A stretch of 64,000 bases of DNA from an uncultured Gemmatimonadaceae bacterium (GCA_963751275.1 CAVVTZ010000007.1:256001-320000); one strand, 5' to 3'; counted from the stretch's first letter, positions 30,887 through 41,392 are shown. Notes: a model not told the origin generated them from the letters alone. A program made the numbers and translations.

Positions 30887-31882
30887 GACTCCCTGTTCGA
30901 ATCCGCGCCGCGAGTGCGGCGAGCGTTCCTCGATACGAGCAGGAAGCAGAAGGTTGTCCGAGATTTGTGCGATCTCGTCGGCGCGGCGCCATGCGTACTC
31001 AAGCGCGACTAATTCGCCCTCGACGCACGACGCTCCGTCTCGTCATGCAGGGCCATCTCGATCGCGAGTCGCTGCTCATACCCGAGGCGGCCGAGTTCGC
31101 CCTGTCTCTCAGTAAATTGGAACAGCGAATGCGGATTCTTGAAGAACTCCAGCTTTGCGACTGCCTGTCTCACCTGATCGGCAGTCCCTCGCCGCCACGT
31201 TCCATCGTGCGAAGAGCACGCCCGCGACTTGCCGATGCGGCGACCCGCTCAGTTCGAGGTGTCCGCCATCGGAGTCGATTGAGAGACGGACCCCGTTCGC
31301 TTCGTCCTCTGGCATTAGGCGTGCCGAGGCGACGTGGACACCGCGGATCAGAGGTGGTGCCGTTAGGGGTGGGCGCCTCCGCGAGGACCCTTCGCCGATC
31401 GCGCATAGTTTCGGAGCAACCTGCAAGCCGCCGACACCATATGCGTATCCGGCGAACGCGAGAAGCCCCCGCCGGTCAGTGCTGCGTATAGGCCCAGTCC
31501 CGCACCGACAGAAAGCACAGTCGCGATGTCCACCGCGGATGGCCGCGCGCTCTGGCGGAGACCGAGCGATCGCCGTCCGCCATGACGCAAACTCTGGCCT
31601 CAACGGCTTCCGATTCGTACCAACGAAGTGCCATCGCCCGCGCGCGTCAGGCCGATGTTTTCGGTGCTCACGCGCACCTTCGTACGCTCGAAGAGGCGCT
31701 CGGCTTCCTCCACGGCCTCCCATCGTTCCTCGAGTGGGGTGAGGTTCCATCGCGCGCAGTGCCCGCAGATCACCCAGAGGCGTCCCGCGCGGAGCGAACG
31801 CAAGGCGGCGACCCACCGTGAAATGCTCGATGACGTCGTTACGCCCGAGTTGGGCGTGACAGTAGAGGCAGGTCGCGTACAC
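30883..31882 (-). pseudogene. Zn-finger-led hypothetical protein with multiple frameshifts (pseudogene or assembly errors)
   Basis: Fragments in successive frames: MYATCLYC..GRRLAF / RLWVICGHCARWNLTPLEERWEA / RLAIEMALHDETERRA / EGELVALEYAWRRADEIAQISDNL. Confidence 0.7.
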
Positions 31883-32036
31883 ACGGGTGAGTATAGCCCG
31901 CGTTCATGGTGTCCGCCGAGGCAGACGGCGTGTGCCCGAATCGATGCTGTGCAAGTAGCGAGTCGACCGGCGTCCCCTTGCCAGCGCGGTGTGCATTTCG
32001 CCACCGCGATCCACAGGCAAGATGCCGGAGGCTCCC

Positions 32037-34876
32037 ATGCGCCGCTTGTACTCGCTCGCCCTCGTTCCAATGATCGGACTCCTCGCCTTCCCCGCCGCGG
32101 ACGCGGTGAAGGTCGCGGGGAGACTGCCGGTCGATCCGAAGTCCGCCATCATCGAAGGGAATGTGAATTCCGATGCCGGCGCGCCGCTCAACGGCGTGAA
32201 TGTCTTCCTCGAGGGGAAGAATCTCGGCGCGATGACCAGCTCCGAAGGCTGGTATCGCATCACGGTGCCGGCCGCGAAGGTCACCGCGGATTCGGTCACG
32301 CTCACGGCGCGGCTGATCGGCTATCGGCCGGTCTCCCGCCGGATCCTGCTCCACGCCGGCGAAAAGCGCACGGAGAATTTCACGCTCGCGACCAATCCGG
32401 TTCGGCTCAGCGAGGTCGTGATCACCGGCGCGGGGACCGCGACGACGAGCGGCGCAGCCGAGCGAGCCGGCCGACGGCCCTGCCGCTCCGCAGTGCGCGC
32501 CGGCATGGGCGCCAATGGCGGCGTCGCCGGGCCAATGTCCGATCGCGGTGCAAGTGAAATCCGCGTACGCGCACTCCCCCATGCCGCAGGACAAACTCGA
32601 GGAGGCCGACGAGGTCGTCGTCATGGAACGCGGCCAGGCCCTCGGCGACGGCAAGGTCAAGCGCGGCGATGGCGACCGTCAGTCGCAGGCGCGTTCCGCA
32701 GCGCGAATTGCCGCCCGTCACGCAGGGCACGTTGCGCGCGCGCGGTCCCGACGGCGAGATCGCCGGCGAATTCCCGCTCAAGCACACGGAAGTCGACGCG
32801 GACATCAGCGGCTACCTCGCGCGCACGACGGTCACGCAGCAGTACACGAATCCCTTCACGGAAGTCATCGAAGCGGTGTATGTCTTCCCGCTCCCGTCGA
32901 TGGCCGCGGTCAACGATTTCATGATGGAAGTGGGCGGCCGTAAGATCGTGGGTCTCGTGCGCCCGCGCGCGGAGGCCGAGCGCATCTATCGGGAGGCGAT
33001 CGCACGCGGGCAGACGGCGAGCCTCCTCACGCAGGAGCGCCCGAACATCTTCACGCAGAGCGTCGCGAACATCGAGCCGGGCGGGCACGTGGACATCAAG
33101 ATCACCTACTTCGAGCGGCTGCCGTACGAACACGGCGAGTACGAGTGGGTGATGCCGATGGTCGTCGGCCCGCGCTACATCCCCGGCGGCGCGACGGGCC
33201 CCGGCTTGCTCGCCGGCAATGGCATTCATCCGAACAATCCCGACGGCGGCGGCTGGAGTCCCAACACGGATGTCGTGCCCGACGCGAGCAAGATCACGCC
33301 GCCCGTGCTGAAGCCCGGCCAGCGCAGCGGACACGATATTGGCCTCACGGTGACGCTCGACGCCGGTCTGCCGATCACGAAGCTCACCGTTCCCGCGCAT
33401 CACGTGGAGATCTCGCGCCCCAATTCCACGAAGCGCGTGATCCATCTCGCCTCCAACGATTCGATCCCGAACCGCGACTTCATCCTGCGCTGGAGCGTGG
33501 CCGGCGACGAGACGCAATTCGGCGTCATCACGCACCGCGAGAGCGAGGATGGCCCCGGTTTCCTCACGCTGGCGATGCAGCCGCCCGCCGAGCCGACGGA
33601 CGAGCAGGTCACGCCGCGCGAGATCACCTTCATCATGGATGTGAGCGGCAGCATGATGGGACTGCCGATCGAGATGTCGAAGCAGGTCGTGCTGCGCTCG
33701 CTCGACAAGCTCCGCCCCGATGACCGGTTCAACATCGTCTATTTCTCCGGCGGCAATGCGCAGCTCTGGGAGTCGGCGCAGCTGGGCAGCTATGAGAACA
33801 TCCAGGCGGCCAAGAACTTCCTGCAGAACCTGAACGCGGGCGGCGGCACGGAGATGCTCGCCGGCCTCGAGCGCGCGCTGCACGCGCACCACGACGCGCG
33901 GTACTTGCAGATGTACATCTTCATGACCGACGGCTACGTGGGCGACGAGCCGCGCATCCTCGCCACGATCAAGAAGGAGCGGGGCGACGCGCGCTTCTTC
34001 GGCTTCGGCATTGGCTCGAGTGTGAACCGCTATCTCATCGACGGCATCGGCCAGGAGGGCGGCGGCGAGAGCTTCGTGCTCATCCCGCGCGACAGCGCGT
34101 ACGCGAATCGCGGCGTGGGCATGCTCTTCGAGGCGATCGACTCGCCCGTGCTCGTGGATGTCGCCGTGGATTGGAACGGCCTGCCGGTGGAGGAAGTGTA
34201 TCCGTCCAAGCTGCCCGATCTCTTCGGCGGGCAGACCATCAACTTGATCGCGAAGTACACGAGTCCGGCGAAGGGCACCTTCTACGTGACGGGGCGCGTC
34301 GGCAGCCGCCGCGTGCGCTACCCGGTGCGCGTGACACTGCCGGAGCGCGAGTCCGAACACGACGCGCTCGCGCCGGTGTGGGCGCGCGCGAAGATCGCCG
34401 ATCTCTCGAGCCAGCAACTCGCGGCCGACTCCGCCGACCGCGGGGGCTACGAGCGCGCGATCACGGATCTTGCGGTGAAGTACCACCTGGTGTCGCAATA
34501 CACCGCGTTCGTGGCGGTGGATGAATCACGGATCGTGGGCGACGGGCACCTGCGGCGCGTCGTGCAGCCGGTGGAACTCCCCGAGGGGGTGAGTTACCAG
34601 GGGATCTTCGGCGAGCCGTGCGTGGGCGTTCCCGTTCGCATTGGCGCGTGGGGGATCGACGTGCAGGAGACCCAGAGCGGGAAGATCAGGGTGGGTTCCG
34701 TGTCGGAGTCGAGCTCCGCGGCGCAGGCAGGGATCACGAAGGGCGCGGAGATCAGAAGTGTGAACGGAGTGAAGATCACGGACGTCGCTCAGCTCGAACA
34801 GGTACTGATGCAAAGCGGCGGCTCGGTCACGATTGAGACGGGAACGGCAGTCAAGGTGACGCTCAAGGCACCATGA
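32037..34876 (+). CDS. Secreted carboxypeptidase-regulatory-like / VIT / vWA / PDZ protein, frameshifts at ~32450-32710
   Basis: Signal peptide; PLNGVNV..RLIGY..LSEVVITG; VIT (IEAVYVFPLP), MIDAS DVSGS..GGT..TDG, LVSQYTAFVAV; C-terminal PDZ-like segment. Confidence 0.8.
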
Positions 34877-34886
34877 GCGGAGAGTA

Positions 34887-35146
34887 GCGACCCGAACTCC
34901 GTCATTGGTCACCCGAACGCCGTGAGGCGTGAGGCGTGCGACGAACGGACTGTGGGGCGTCATTCGAAACCCGAACGCCGTGAGTCGTTAGTTCACTCAC
35001 GGCGTTCGGGTCTCGTCTCACGCAGTACAGTCTGTTCGTCGACGCCTCACGCCTCACGGCGTTCGGGTCTCGTCTCACGCAGTACAATCTGTTCGGCGCA
35101 CGCCTCACGCCTCACGGCGTTCGGGTGACCAATAACGGCGTTCGGG
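34887..35146. repeat. Family B nested palindromic element (CCCGAACGCCG core, TGAGGCG heptamers), copy B1
   Basis: 3 cores in one orientation and 4 in the other; ~57-bp tandem duplication in the right arm. Confidence 0.9.
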
Positions 35147-35162
35147 TTTCCAATCGCGCCCT

Positions 35163-36494
35163 TCAGAACTGCTCGAGCTTCGCCCTGGTCACGCGCAGTG
35201 TATCCCCAACGAACGCCCAAACGAACCCTTTCATGTATTTCTGCGCGACATACTGCACCCCAAGCGGAGTCACCGCGTGGATGTCCAAAACGAATCGGTC
35301 GGCATATCGATAATCGCCGCGGTACACCTGCGCGCGCGCGAGTTGGTTCGCCTGGTCCGCGTTCGTCTCGTTCTTCAGGAAGAACTCCGTGATGAACTGC
35401 TGCTCGATCAGATTCAGCTGGTCCGGGTCCAGCCGTCCGCGCTTCAGCGCTTCGGTCTCGCGGCGCATGATGTCCAGCGTGGAATCCGCGAATGCGGTGG
35501 TCACGTACAGCCCGCCCGTCGTGATCGCGCGCTCCTCGAACGGCGCGTCCACGTCGTACGTCAGATTCCGCCGTGACCGCACCTCGGTGAACAACCGCCC
35601 CGCGACCACCGCGGTCGCGATGCGCAGCGCGGTCGCGTCGGAGCTCGACGCCGGCGGGCCAATGTAATAGCCGAGCAGGTAATTCGTCGGCAGCCGCTTG
35701 TGTACCATCACCGCCGGTCCACCGACATCCGGCTGCGCCACCGGCGGCGTCCAACGGTACATGCCATGCGGGATCTTCCCGAACGTCTGCGCCACCAGGC
35801 GCGCGAGATGGTCGCGCTCCACGTTCCCCACCACCACGAGCAGCATGCGCGACGTGATGATCTTGGTCGCGCGCCAATCCGCCAGCTGTGCCGCGGTGAA
35901 CGACGCCACGGATTTCTCGTTCCCGCCCACCGGCATCGAGTACGGCATCCCCGCGAAGCGCGCGCTGTCGGCCAGCAGGTGCACAAGACCATCAGGATTG
36001 TCGTCGCGCTGGCGCAGCGCCGAGAGGATCTGGTCGCGCACGAAGTCGATGTCGGCCGGGTCGAGCGAACCGTTCGTCAGCCGGTCGGCCCAGATCGCCC
36101 ATGTGCTGTCGAACGTCGACTTCACCCCGCGGAATCCATACAGCGTCCAGTCATCGCTCGGCGACACCACGATCGTGCTGCCCAGCGCCGCGATCTTCTT
36201 GCGTAGCGCATCCTGCGAGTAGTTCTTGGTTCCGCGCTCGGACACCCAGAGCAGGAAGGGCTCGATGCCCGCGTTCTCCGCCGTCACCATTTGGTCGCCG
36301 CCGAGCAGATACAGATTGAGCGCGACGACATCGTTCGCGGGATTGCGCCGCAATATCACGTGCACGCCGCCGGTGTCGAACGCCACAGTGGACGTGTCGA
36401 ATCGCGCGCCGGCGCGCGGCGCGGGGGTCTGCTGCGCAGGGAGCGCGGCCGCGGACGCGAGCACGGCCGCGGTGAACAGAGCGAGGCGGCGCAT
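35163..36494 (-). CDS. M16 (insulinase) family peptidase, subunit lacking HxxEH
   Basis: Signal peptide, RGTKNYS, LVVVGNV, RLFTEVRSRRNLTY; TGATG coupling to the upstream gene. Confidence 0.85.
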   Translation of the reverse strand: MRRLALFTAAVLASAAALPAQQTPAPRAGARFDTSTVAFDTGGVHVILRRNPANDVVALNLYLLGGDQMVTAENAGIEPFLLWVSERGTKNYSQDALRKKIAALGSTIVVSPSDDWTLYGFRGVKSTFDSTWAIWADRLTNGSLDPADIDFVRDQILSALRQRDDNPDGLVHLLADSARFAGMPYSMPVGGNEKSVASFTAAQLADWRATKIITSRMLLVVVGNVERDHLARLVAQTFGKIPHGMYRWTPPVAQPDVGGPAVMVHKRLPTNYLLGYYIGPPASSSDATALRIATAVVAGRLFTEVRSRRNLTYDVDAPFEERAITTGGLYVTTAFADSTLDIMRRETEALKRGRLDPDQLNLIEQQFITEFFLKNETNADQANQLARAQVYRGDYRYADRFVLDIHAVTPLGVQYVAQKYMKGFVWAFVGDTLRVTRAKLEQF

Positions 36495-37963
36495 CACTTG
36501 GGGCTCCGCGGGGTGTTCGAGGATGTGGTCACGCTGTCGCCGAGGACGTCCGCGTCGGTGAGTCCGATCGCGCGGCGCGCGTCGGGGGAGATGAGCACGC
36601 CCACCACATGCGGCTTGCCCACGATGTACTTCTTCGCGTAGGCGCGCATGTCGGCCAGGTTCTGTTTCGCCATATTGTCCACGTAGCCCATGTAGTAGTC
36701 GAGGCTCGCGACGGCCCACCAGAAGCCGAGCTCGTGCGCGAAGCCGCTCGCGCGCTCGAGCCCCATGGCGGTGCCCACCGCGCGCTGCTGCTTCTGCGGC
36801 TCGAGCTCGGATTCCGACAGGTAGCCCGGTTGGTCGAACTTCGCGATCTCCTGGTACAGCGCGGCCATCGCCGGCTTCAGCTTCTCCGGCGACGTCTCGC
36901 CGCTGATCGTGATCGGGCCCACGTGGTTGAGCGTGTAATAGTTCACCACCATGTCGGTCCAGAGCCCGCTGTCCACGAGCCGCTTCTGGAAGTTCGACCC
37001 ATCCTGATTGAGCAGCCCGCTGAAGACGTCGGCCGCGTACGTGGATTGCGGGTCCTTCTGCACGCTCGGCCCCCGCCACTGCACGAGCACCGCCACCGTG
37101 TTCACCGGCTCCTCGACGATCACCGCGGCGCTCTTGGTGAAGGGCGGGAAATCCGGCACCGGGTACTTCACGTTGGGGTCGTCGCCGCGGGGCATCTTGC
37201 CGAAGATGGCGTCCGCCATGCGGAAGGACGTTTCCGGATCGACGTCGCCGGCGATGATGAGCGCGGCGTTGTTCGGGATGTAGTAGCGCTTCTGGATCTC
37301 GAACATCTGCGCGGGCGTGACGGTCGCGATCACGCTGCGCTCGCCGATGGTGTTCTTGCGCGACACCTCGGATCCCCACATCACGCTGTCCATCTTCTGC
37401 GTGAGCTGGAAGAAGGGGCTCGACTCCTGGCGGTCGTATTCGCCGAGCACCACCTGGCGTTCGCGGTCGAGCTCATCCTTGCGGAAGCGCGGCGCGCTGA
37501 ACGCGGCCTCGAGGAATTCCATCGCGCCCTGCAACGAATCGGCGGGCACGGTCAGGTAGTAGTTCACGACCTCCTCGCGCGTGCTCGCGTTGTAGATGGC
37601 GCCGAGCTCGCTCGCGCGCGCGACGAACTGGTCGGGCTGCGGGTAGTCGTCGTTGCTCTTGAAGAACATGTGCTCGTACATGTGCGCGAGGCCGGCGTAC
37701 TCGGGCGTCTGGGTGAAGGCGCCGTTCTTGACGACGAGCTCCACCGTGGCGAGCGGCACGCCGTGGTTCTCGATGACGATGACCTCGAGGCCGTTGCCGA
37801 GGAGCTTGCGCTGGATGATCCGCTCGAGCTCCTCGCGCTGCGTGGGCTGCTTGGCCGCGGGGGCGGCGGGTGCGGCCGGCTTGGCCTTCGTCTTCGTCTG
37901 CGCCCCGGCGAGCGCCGGCGCCGCGAGGAGCGCCGTTACAAGGATCCTGGTTGTTCGAGTCAT
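36494..37963 (-). CDS. M16 (pitrilysin) family zinc peptidase
   Basis: GLAHMYEHMFF (HxxEH), NAST, ERQVVLGE, YYIPNNA. Confidence 0.92.
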   Translation of the reverse strand: MTRTTRILVTALLAAPALAGAQTKTKAKPAAPAAPAAKQPTQREELERIIQRKLLGNGLEVIVIENHGVPLATVELVVKNGAFTQTPEYAGLAHMYEHMFFKSNDDYPQPDQFVARASELGAIYNASTREEVVNYYLTVPADSLQGAMEFLEAAFSAPRFRKDELDRERQVVLGEYDRQESSPFFQLTQKMDSVMWGSEVSRKNTIGERSVIATVTPAQMFEIQKRYYIPNNAALIIAGDVDPETSFRMADAIFGKMPRGDDPNVKYPVPDFPPFTKSAAVIVEEPVNTVAVLVQWRGPSVQKDPQSTYAADVFSGLLNQDGSNFQKRLVDSGLWTDMVVNYYTLNHVGPITISGETSPEKLKPAMAALYQEIAKFDQPGYLSESELEPQKQQRAVGTAMGLERASGFAHELGFWWAVASLDYYMGYVDNMAKQNLADMRAYAKKYIVGKPHVVGVLISPDARRAIGLTDADVLGDSVTTSSNTPRSPK

Positions 37964-38020
37964 GGCACCAAAGTTAGCGCGTGGGGGCGATGAAGACGAC
38001 CTGAGGGTGTTGTACCCCAA

Positions 38021-38136
38021 AGCAGTCATCCTGACAATCGTGTTCATCCTGTAATCCTGTCAAAGTAGTTTGTTCTAGCTACGACAAACTGCTTTGACAG
38101 GATTACGGGATAATCAGGATGAACAGGATGACTGCT
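38021..38136. repeat. AT-richer palindrome (family D) of ATCCTG/CAGGAT units with ~9-nt period
   Basis: AGCAGTCATCCTG..TAATCCTGTCAAAGTAGTTTGT / ACAAACTGCTTTGACAGGATTA..CAGGATGACTGCT. Confidence 0.85.
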
Positions 38137-38182
38137 ACTTCCTTTATGAACTACAACGGCCGAGGCACTCTCATCGTTAGAA

Positions 38183-38191
38183 TGGTATAAT
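38183..38191 (+). promoter_or_regulatory. Candidate extended -10 promoter (TGnTATAAT) for the ECF sigma gene
   Basis: TGGTATAAT ~65 nt upstream of the GTG start; a GGAAC (ECF -35-like) follows at ~38210. Confidence 0.45.
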
Positions 38192-38256
38192 GTAGGGCGC
38201 CGGCGGGCGGGAACTCTCCTCCGGCCGAACTACTTTCTCGCAAGTACGGGGAACGC

Positions 38257-38889
38257 GTGGCCGACGAACGCCCGGAGACCAAGCTCGAGCAGGACGCGCG
38301 CTTCGAACGCGAGGCGCTCCCGTGGATGGATGATGTCTACCGCTTCGCGCGTTCGATGACGCACGATGAAGCGGACGCGGATGATCTCGTCCAGGAGACG
38401 TACCTGCGCGCGTACCGCGCGTGGCACACGTTCGAGCCGGGCAGCGACTGCCGGCGCTGGCTGTTCACGATCTGCCGGAACGTCTTCCTGCGCACGCGCG
38501 AGCGCGAGGCGCGGCAGGTGGACACCGGCGGCGACGATGCGGTGCTCGAGACGATGGCGGCGGTGCGCGAAGCGTCGCCCTTTGCCACGACGAACGCCGA
38601 CGCGATCTTCTCCCGGGTCGATCTCGTCCCGGCGATCCGGAAGGCGCTCGACGAATTGCCGGAAGTCTTCCGGACGGCGGTGGTGCTGGTGGACGTGGAA
38701 GGACAGAGTTACGACGAAGCGGCGGCGGTGCTCGGCGTGCCGATCGGCACCGTGCGGTCACGCCTCTTTCGCGGACGACGGATCCTGCAGCAATCGCTCC
38801 TCGAGTTCGCGCGCGATGCCGGTTTCGCCGGCACGGCGGTGAAGGAAGCGAAGGAAGTGCCCCGGGAGGGTGGCGCCCATGGATTGTGA
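38257..38889 (+). CDS. ECF sigma factor (SigH/SigR-like)
   Basis: DADDLVQETYLRAY..WLFTICRN..SYDEAA..PIGTVRSRLFRGR. Confidence 0.93.
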   Translation: MADERPETKLEQDARFEREALPWMDDVYRFARSMTHDEADADDLVQETYLRAYRAWHTFEPGSDCRRWLFTICRNVFLRTREREARQVDTGGDDAVLETMAAVREASPFATTNADAIFSRVDLVPAIRKALDELPEVFRTAVVLVDVEGQSYDEAAAVLGVPIGTVRSRLFRGRRILQQSLLEFARDAGFAGTAVKEAKEVPREGGAHGL

Positions 38890-39121
38890 ACAGAACATCA
38901 AACAGCTCTGGGACTACCTGGACGGCGAGCTCACCGAAGCCCGCATGAGTGAGATCCGCGGCCACCTCAAGTCCTGCCGCGGCTGCTTCCCGCATTTCGA
39001 TTTCGAGAAGGAATTCCTCGAGGCGATCGCGAAGAGCAAAGTGGAACAGACCGCGCCGGAGGATCTCAGGCGGAAAGTCATGGCCAAGCTTCGGAAGGCG
39101 GGAATGGCCGGAGCGTCCTGA
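38879..39121 (+). CDS. Soluble zinc-binding anti-sigma factor (zf-HC2, RshA/RsrA-like)
   Basis: MDC..LWDYLDGEL..HLKSCRGC..APEDLRRKV; no TM segment. Confidence 0.88.
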   Translation: MDCEQNIKQLWDYLDGELTEARMSEIRGHLKSCRGCFPHFDFEKEFLEAIAKSKVEQTAPEDLRRKVMAKLRKAGMAGAS

Positions 39122-39125
39122 ACCA

Positions 39126-39269
39126 CGGAACTGCGTCCTTGGTCCCCCGAACGCCGTGAGTCGTTAGTGCACTCACGGCGTTCGGGTTTCCAGCACCGCA
39201 TTTCAATCAGTTCGTCGCACGCCTCACGCCTCACGGCGTTCGGGTGACCAAGTACGGAGTTCGGGTCGC
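39126..39269. repeat. Family B palindromic element, copy B2
   Basis: CCCGAACGCCGTGAGTCGTTAGTGCACTCACGGCGTTCGGG; right end is the reverse complement of the B1 left end. Confidence 0.9.
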
Positions 39270-39279
39270 CAGCAATTCC

Positions 39280-39744
39280 CTACTTTCCGTTCAGTAGGAG
39301 CTGCGTCTCCACTTTGATCCCCGGATCCAGCGACGCTCCCACCGAGCAGTACTTGTACACGGCCAGCTCGATCGCCCGTTGGGCGTGATGGCGCTCGATC
39401 CCCTCGCCCGTGATGGTGAACTTCATCATCACGTGCGTGAGCCGGCGCGGCGTGGTCTCGACGCGCGTGCCCAGAGACTCGATGTCCAGCGTCGCCACCG
39501 GCGTGCGCCGCTTCGCGAGGATCTCCACGACGTCGGTCGCCGCGCACGTCGCGAGCGCGCTGAGCAGCGTCTCCACCGGGCCGGACGCCGTCCTGCCGTG
39601 TGAATCGATCAACATCGGCGGCACCCCCGGCTTGCCCGTCTCGAATTCCTGGTCCTTCAGCCATTTCGTGCGCACCACCTGCGGCGCGTGGACCTTGAAC
39701 TCCTGCGTATGCGCCGCCTTGTGCGCTTCGCTGTATTCGCTCAT
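39280..39744 (-). CDS. OsmC family protein
   Basis: [21 protein letters not shown] overlap with the sulfurtransferase. Confidence 0.88.
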   Translation of the reverse strand: MSEYSEAHKAAHTQEFKVHAPQVVRTKWLKDQEFETGKPGVPPMLIDSHGRTASGPVETLLSALATCAATDVVEILAKRRTPVATLDIESLGTRVETTPRRLTHVMMKFTITGEGIERHHAQRAIELAVYKYCSVGASLDPGIKVETQLLLNGK

Positions 39745-40607
39745 CGCTCCACCGGAAGCCGCACGGCATTGCCCCATTCGGTCCAGCTGCCGTCGTAATT
39801 GCGCACCTTGGGATAGCCGAGGAGATACGTGAGGACGAACCACGTATGCGACGAGCGCTCGCCGATGCGGCAGTACGCGATCACGTCGTCGCCGGCCTTC
39901 AGCCCTTTCTCTTCCTCGTAGATCGCGCGCAGCTCGGCCGCACTCTTGAAGGTGCCATCCGCGTTCGCGGCGCGCGCCCACGGCACGCTCTTCGCGCCGG
40001 GAATGTGTCCGCCGCGCAGCACGCCCTCCTGCGGATACTCGGCCATGTGCGTCCTCTTCCCCGTGAATTCATCGGGGGAGCGGACATCCACGAGCGGCTT
40101 GCCCGCCTTGGCGTGCGCGAGCACCTCATCGCGGAACGCGCGGATGCGCGCGTCGTTGCGCGGCGGCGCCTCGTACGCGGTGGCCGCGTACTTCGGGACC
40201 TCGGTGAGGAATTCGCGACCTTCCAGTTCCCACTTCATGCGGCCGCCGTCGAGCACCTTGCCGTTCTTGAAGCCGAACAATTCGAAGACCCAGAGCGCGT
40301 AGCACGCCCACCAATTGTTCTTGTCGCCGTAGAAGATGACCGTCGTGGAGTCATCGATCCCCTTGGCGCGCAGCAATCGCTCGAAACGCTCGCGGTCCAC
40401 GTAGTCGCGCACGAGATCGTCGTTGAGGTCCGCATGCCAATCGACCTTCTGCGCGCCCTGGATGTGCCCGGTGTCGTAGAGGAGGACATCCTCATCGCTC
40501 TCGATCACGCGGAGCGTCGGGTCGGAGAGATGCGCCGCGAGCCACTCGGTGGACACGAGTTTGTCGGGGGTGGAATAGCCTTTCGCTGCTATGGGATCGG
40601 CTGCCAT
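39741..40607 (-). CDS. sseA: Tandem rhodanese thiosulfate sulfurtransferase (SseA/CysA-like)
   Basis: [31 protein letters not shown]. Confidence 0.92.
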   Translation of the reverse strand: MAADPIAAKGYSTPDKLVSTEWLAAHLSDPTLRVIESDEDVLLYDTGHIQGAQKVDWHADLNDDLVRDYVDRERFERLLRAKGIDDSTTVIFYGDKNNWWACYALWVFELFGFKNGKVLDGGRMKWELEGREFLTEVPKYAATAYEAPPRNDARIRAFRDEVLAHAKAGKPLVDVRSPDEFTGKRTHMAEYPQEGVLRGGHIPGAKSVPWARAANADGTFKSAAELRAIYEEEKGLKAGDDVIAYCRIGERSSHTWFVLTYLLGYPKVRNYDGSWTEWGNAVRLPVER

Positions 40608-40657
40608 CCTGAACTCCTCTGGGTGTTCGATTGCAATCTAAACAGGAGACAGTCGAG

Positions 40658-40724
40658 AGGCAGTCGTTGGTCGTACGCGTTTAGAATATCTGCCGTTCTA
40701 AACGCGTACGACCAAAGACTGCCT
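40658..40724. repeat. 67-bp hairpin (family E) just past the csaA stop; possible terminator
   Basis: AGGCAGTCGTTGGTCGTACGCGTTTAGAA / TTCTAAACGCGTACGACCAAAGACTGCCT. Confidence 0.8.
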
Positions 40725-40725
40725 A

Positions 40726-41058
40726 TCACCCTATGCGCGTCCCGTTCGCCACTGGTCTCTCCACTTGAAGCAGAACGACCTCGGAGGGCTGAGGCATCGC
40801 GCCCAGCACGAGCACCTCGCTGTCGAACGTCGCGATCCGCCGCACGGGGAAATTCACGACGGCCATCACTTGCCGCCCGACGAGTTCCGCGGGCGTGTAA
40901 TGCACGGTGAGCTGCGCGCTCGAGCGTTTCACGCCGATCTCCGGGCCGAAATCGATCTCGAGCTTGATCGCGGGCTTCCTGGCCGCGGGGAACGCGTCGG
41001 CGCGCAGCACGGTGCCGACGCGGATGTCGATCCGCTGGAATTCGTCGAACGTCGCCAT
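40726..41058 (-). CDS. csaA: tRNA-binding protein / chaperone CsaA
   Basis: DIRVGT..ARKPA..DFG..KRSSAQLT..VVNFP..SEVLVLG. Confidence 0.9.
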   Translation of the reverse strand: MATFDEFQRIDIRVGTVLRADAFPAARKPAIKLEIDFGPEIGVKRSSAQLTVHYTPAELVGRQVMAVVNFPVRRIATFDSEVLVLGAMPQPSEVVLLQVERPVANGTRIG

Positions 41059-41071
41059 GCTAGATTCCGGA

Positions 41072-41392
41072 ATGGGACAATACAAACATCACGTCTTCGT
41101 CTGCACCTCGGGCGGCACCTGCCCCGGCCAGGGCGGCGACGCGGTGCACGCCGCCTTGAAGAAGGCCGCCGCCGCCGCCGGCCTCAAGGGCATCGTCCGC
41201 GTGAACCATTCCGGCTGCCTCGGCCAATGCGGCCACGGGCCGATGGCCGTCGTGTACCCGGATGACATCTGGTACGCCGGCCTCAATGTCCACGGCGCCG
41301 AGAAGATCCTTCGCGATCATCTGATCGAGGGGAAGATCGTCGAGAGCTACAGGTACATCGCGCCGCCGGGGGACAATAAGATCGAAGACTGA
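41072..41392 (+). CDS. Thioredoxin-like [2Fe-2S] ferredoxin
   Basis: HVFVC..C..SGCLGQCGHGP..VYPDDIWY. Confidence 0.9.
   Translation: MGQYKHHVFVCTSGGTCPGQGGDAVHAALKKAAAAAGLKGIVRVNHSGCLGQCGHGPMAVVYPDDIWYAGLNVHGAEKILRDHLIEGKIVESYRYIAPPGDNKIED

Noticed and set aside
34887..35146. Possible CRISPR array
   Set aside because: Cores in both orientations, near-identical spacers, no cas genes in the window
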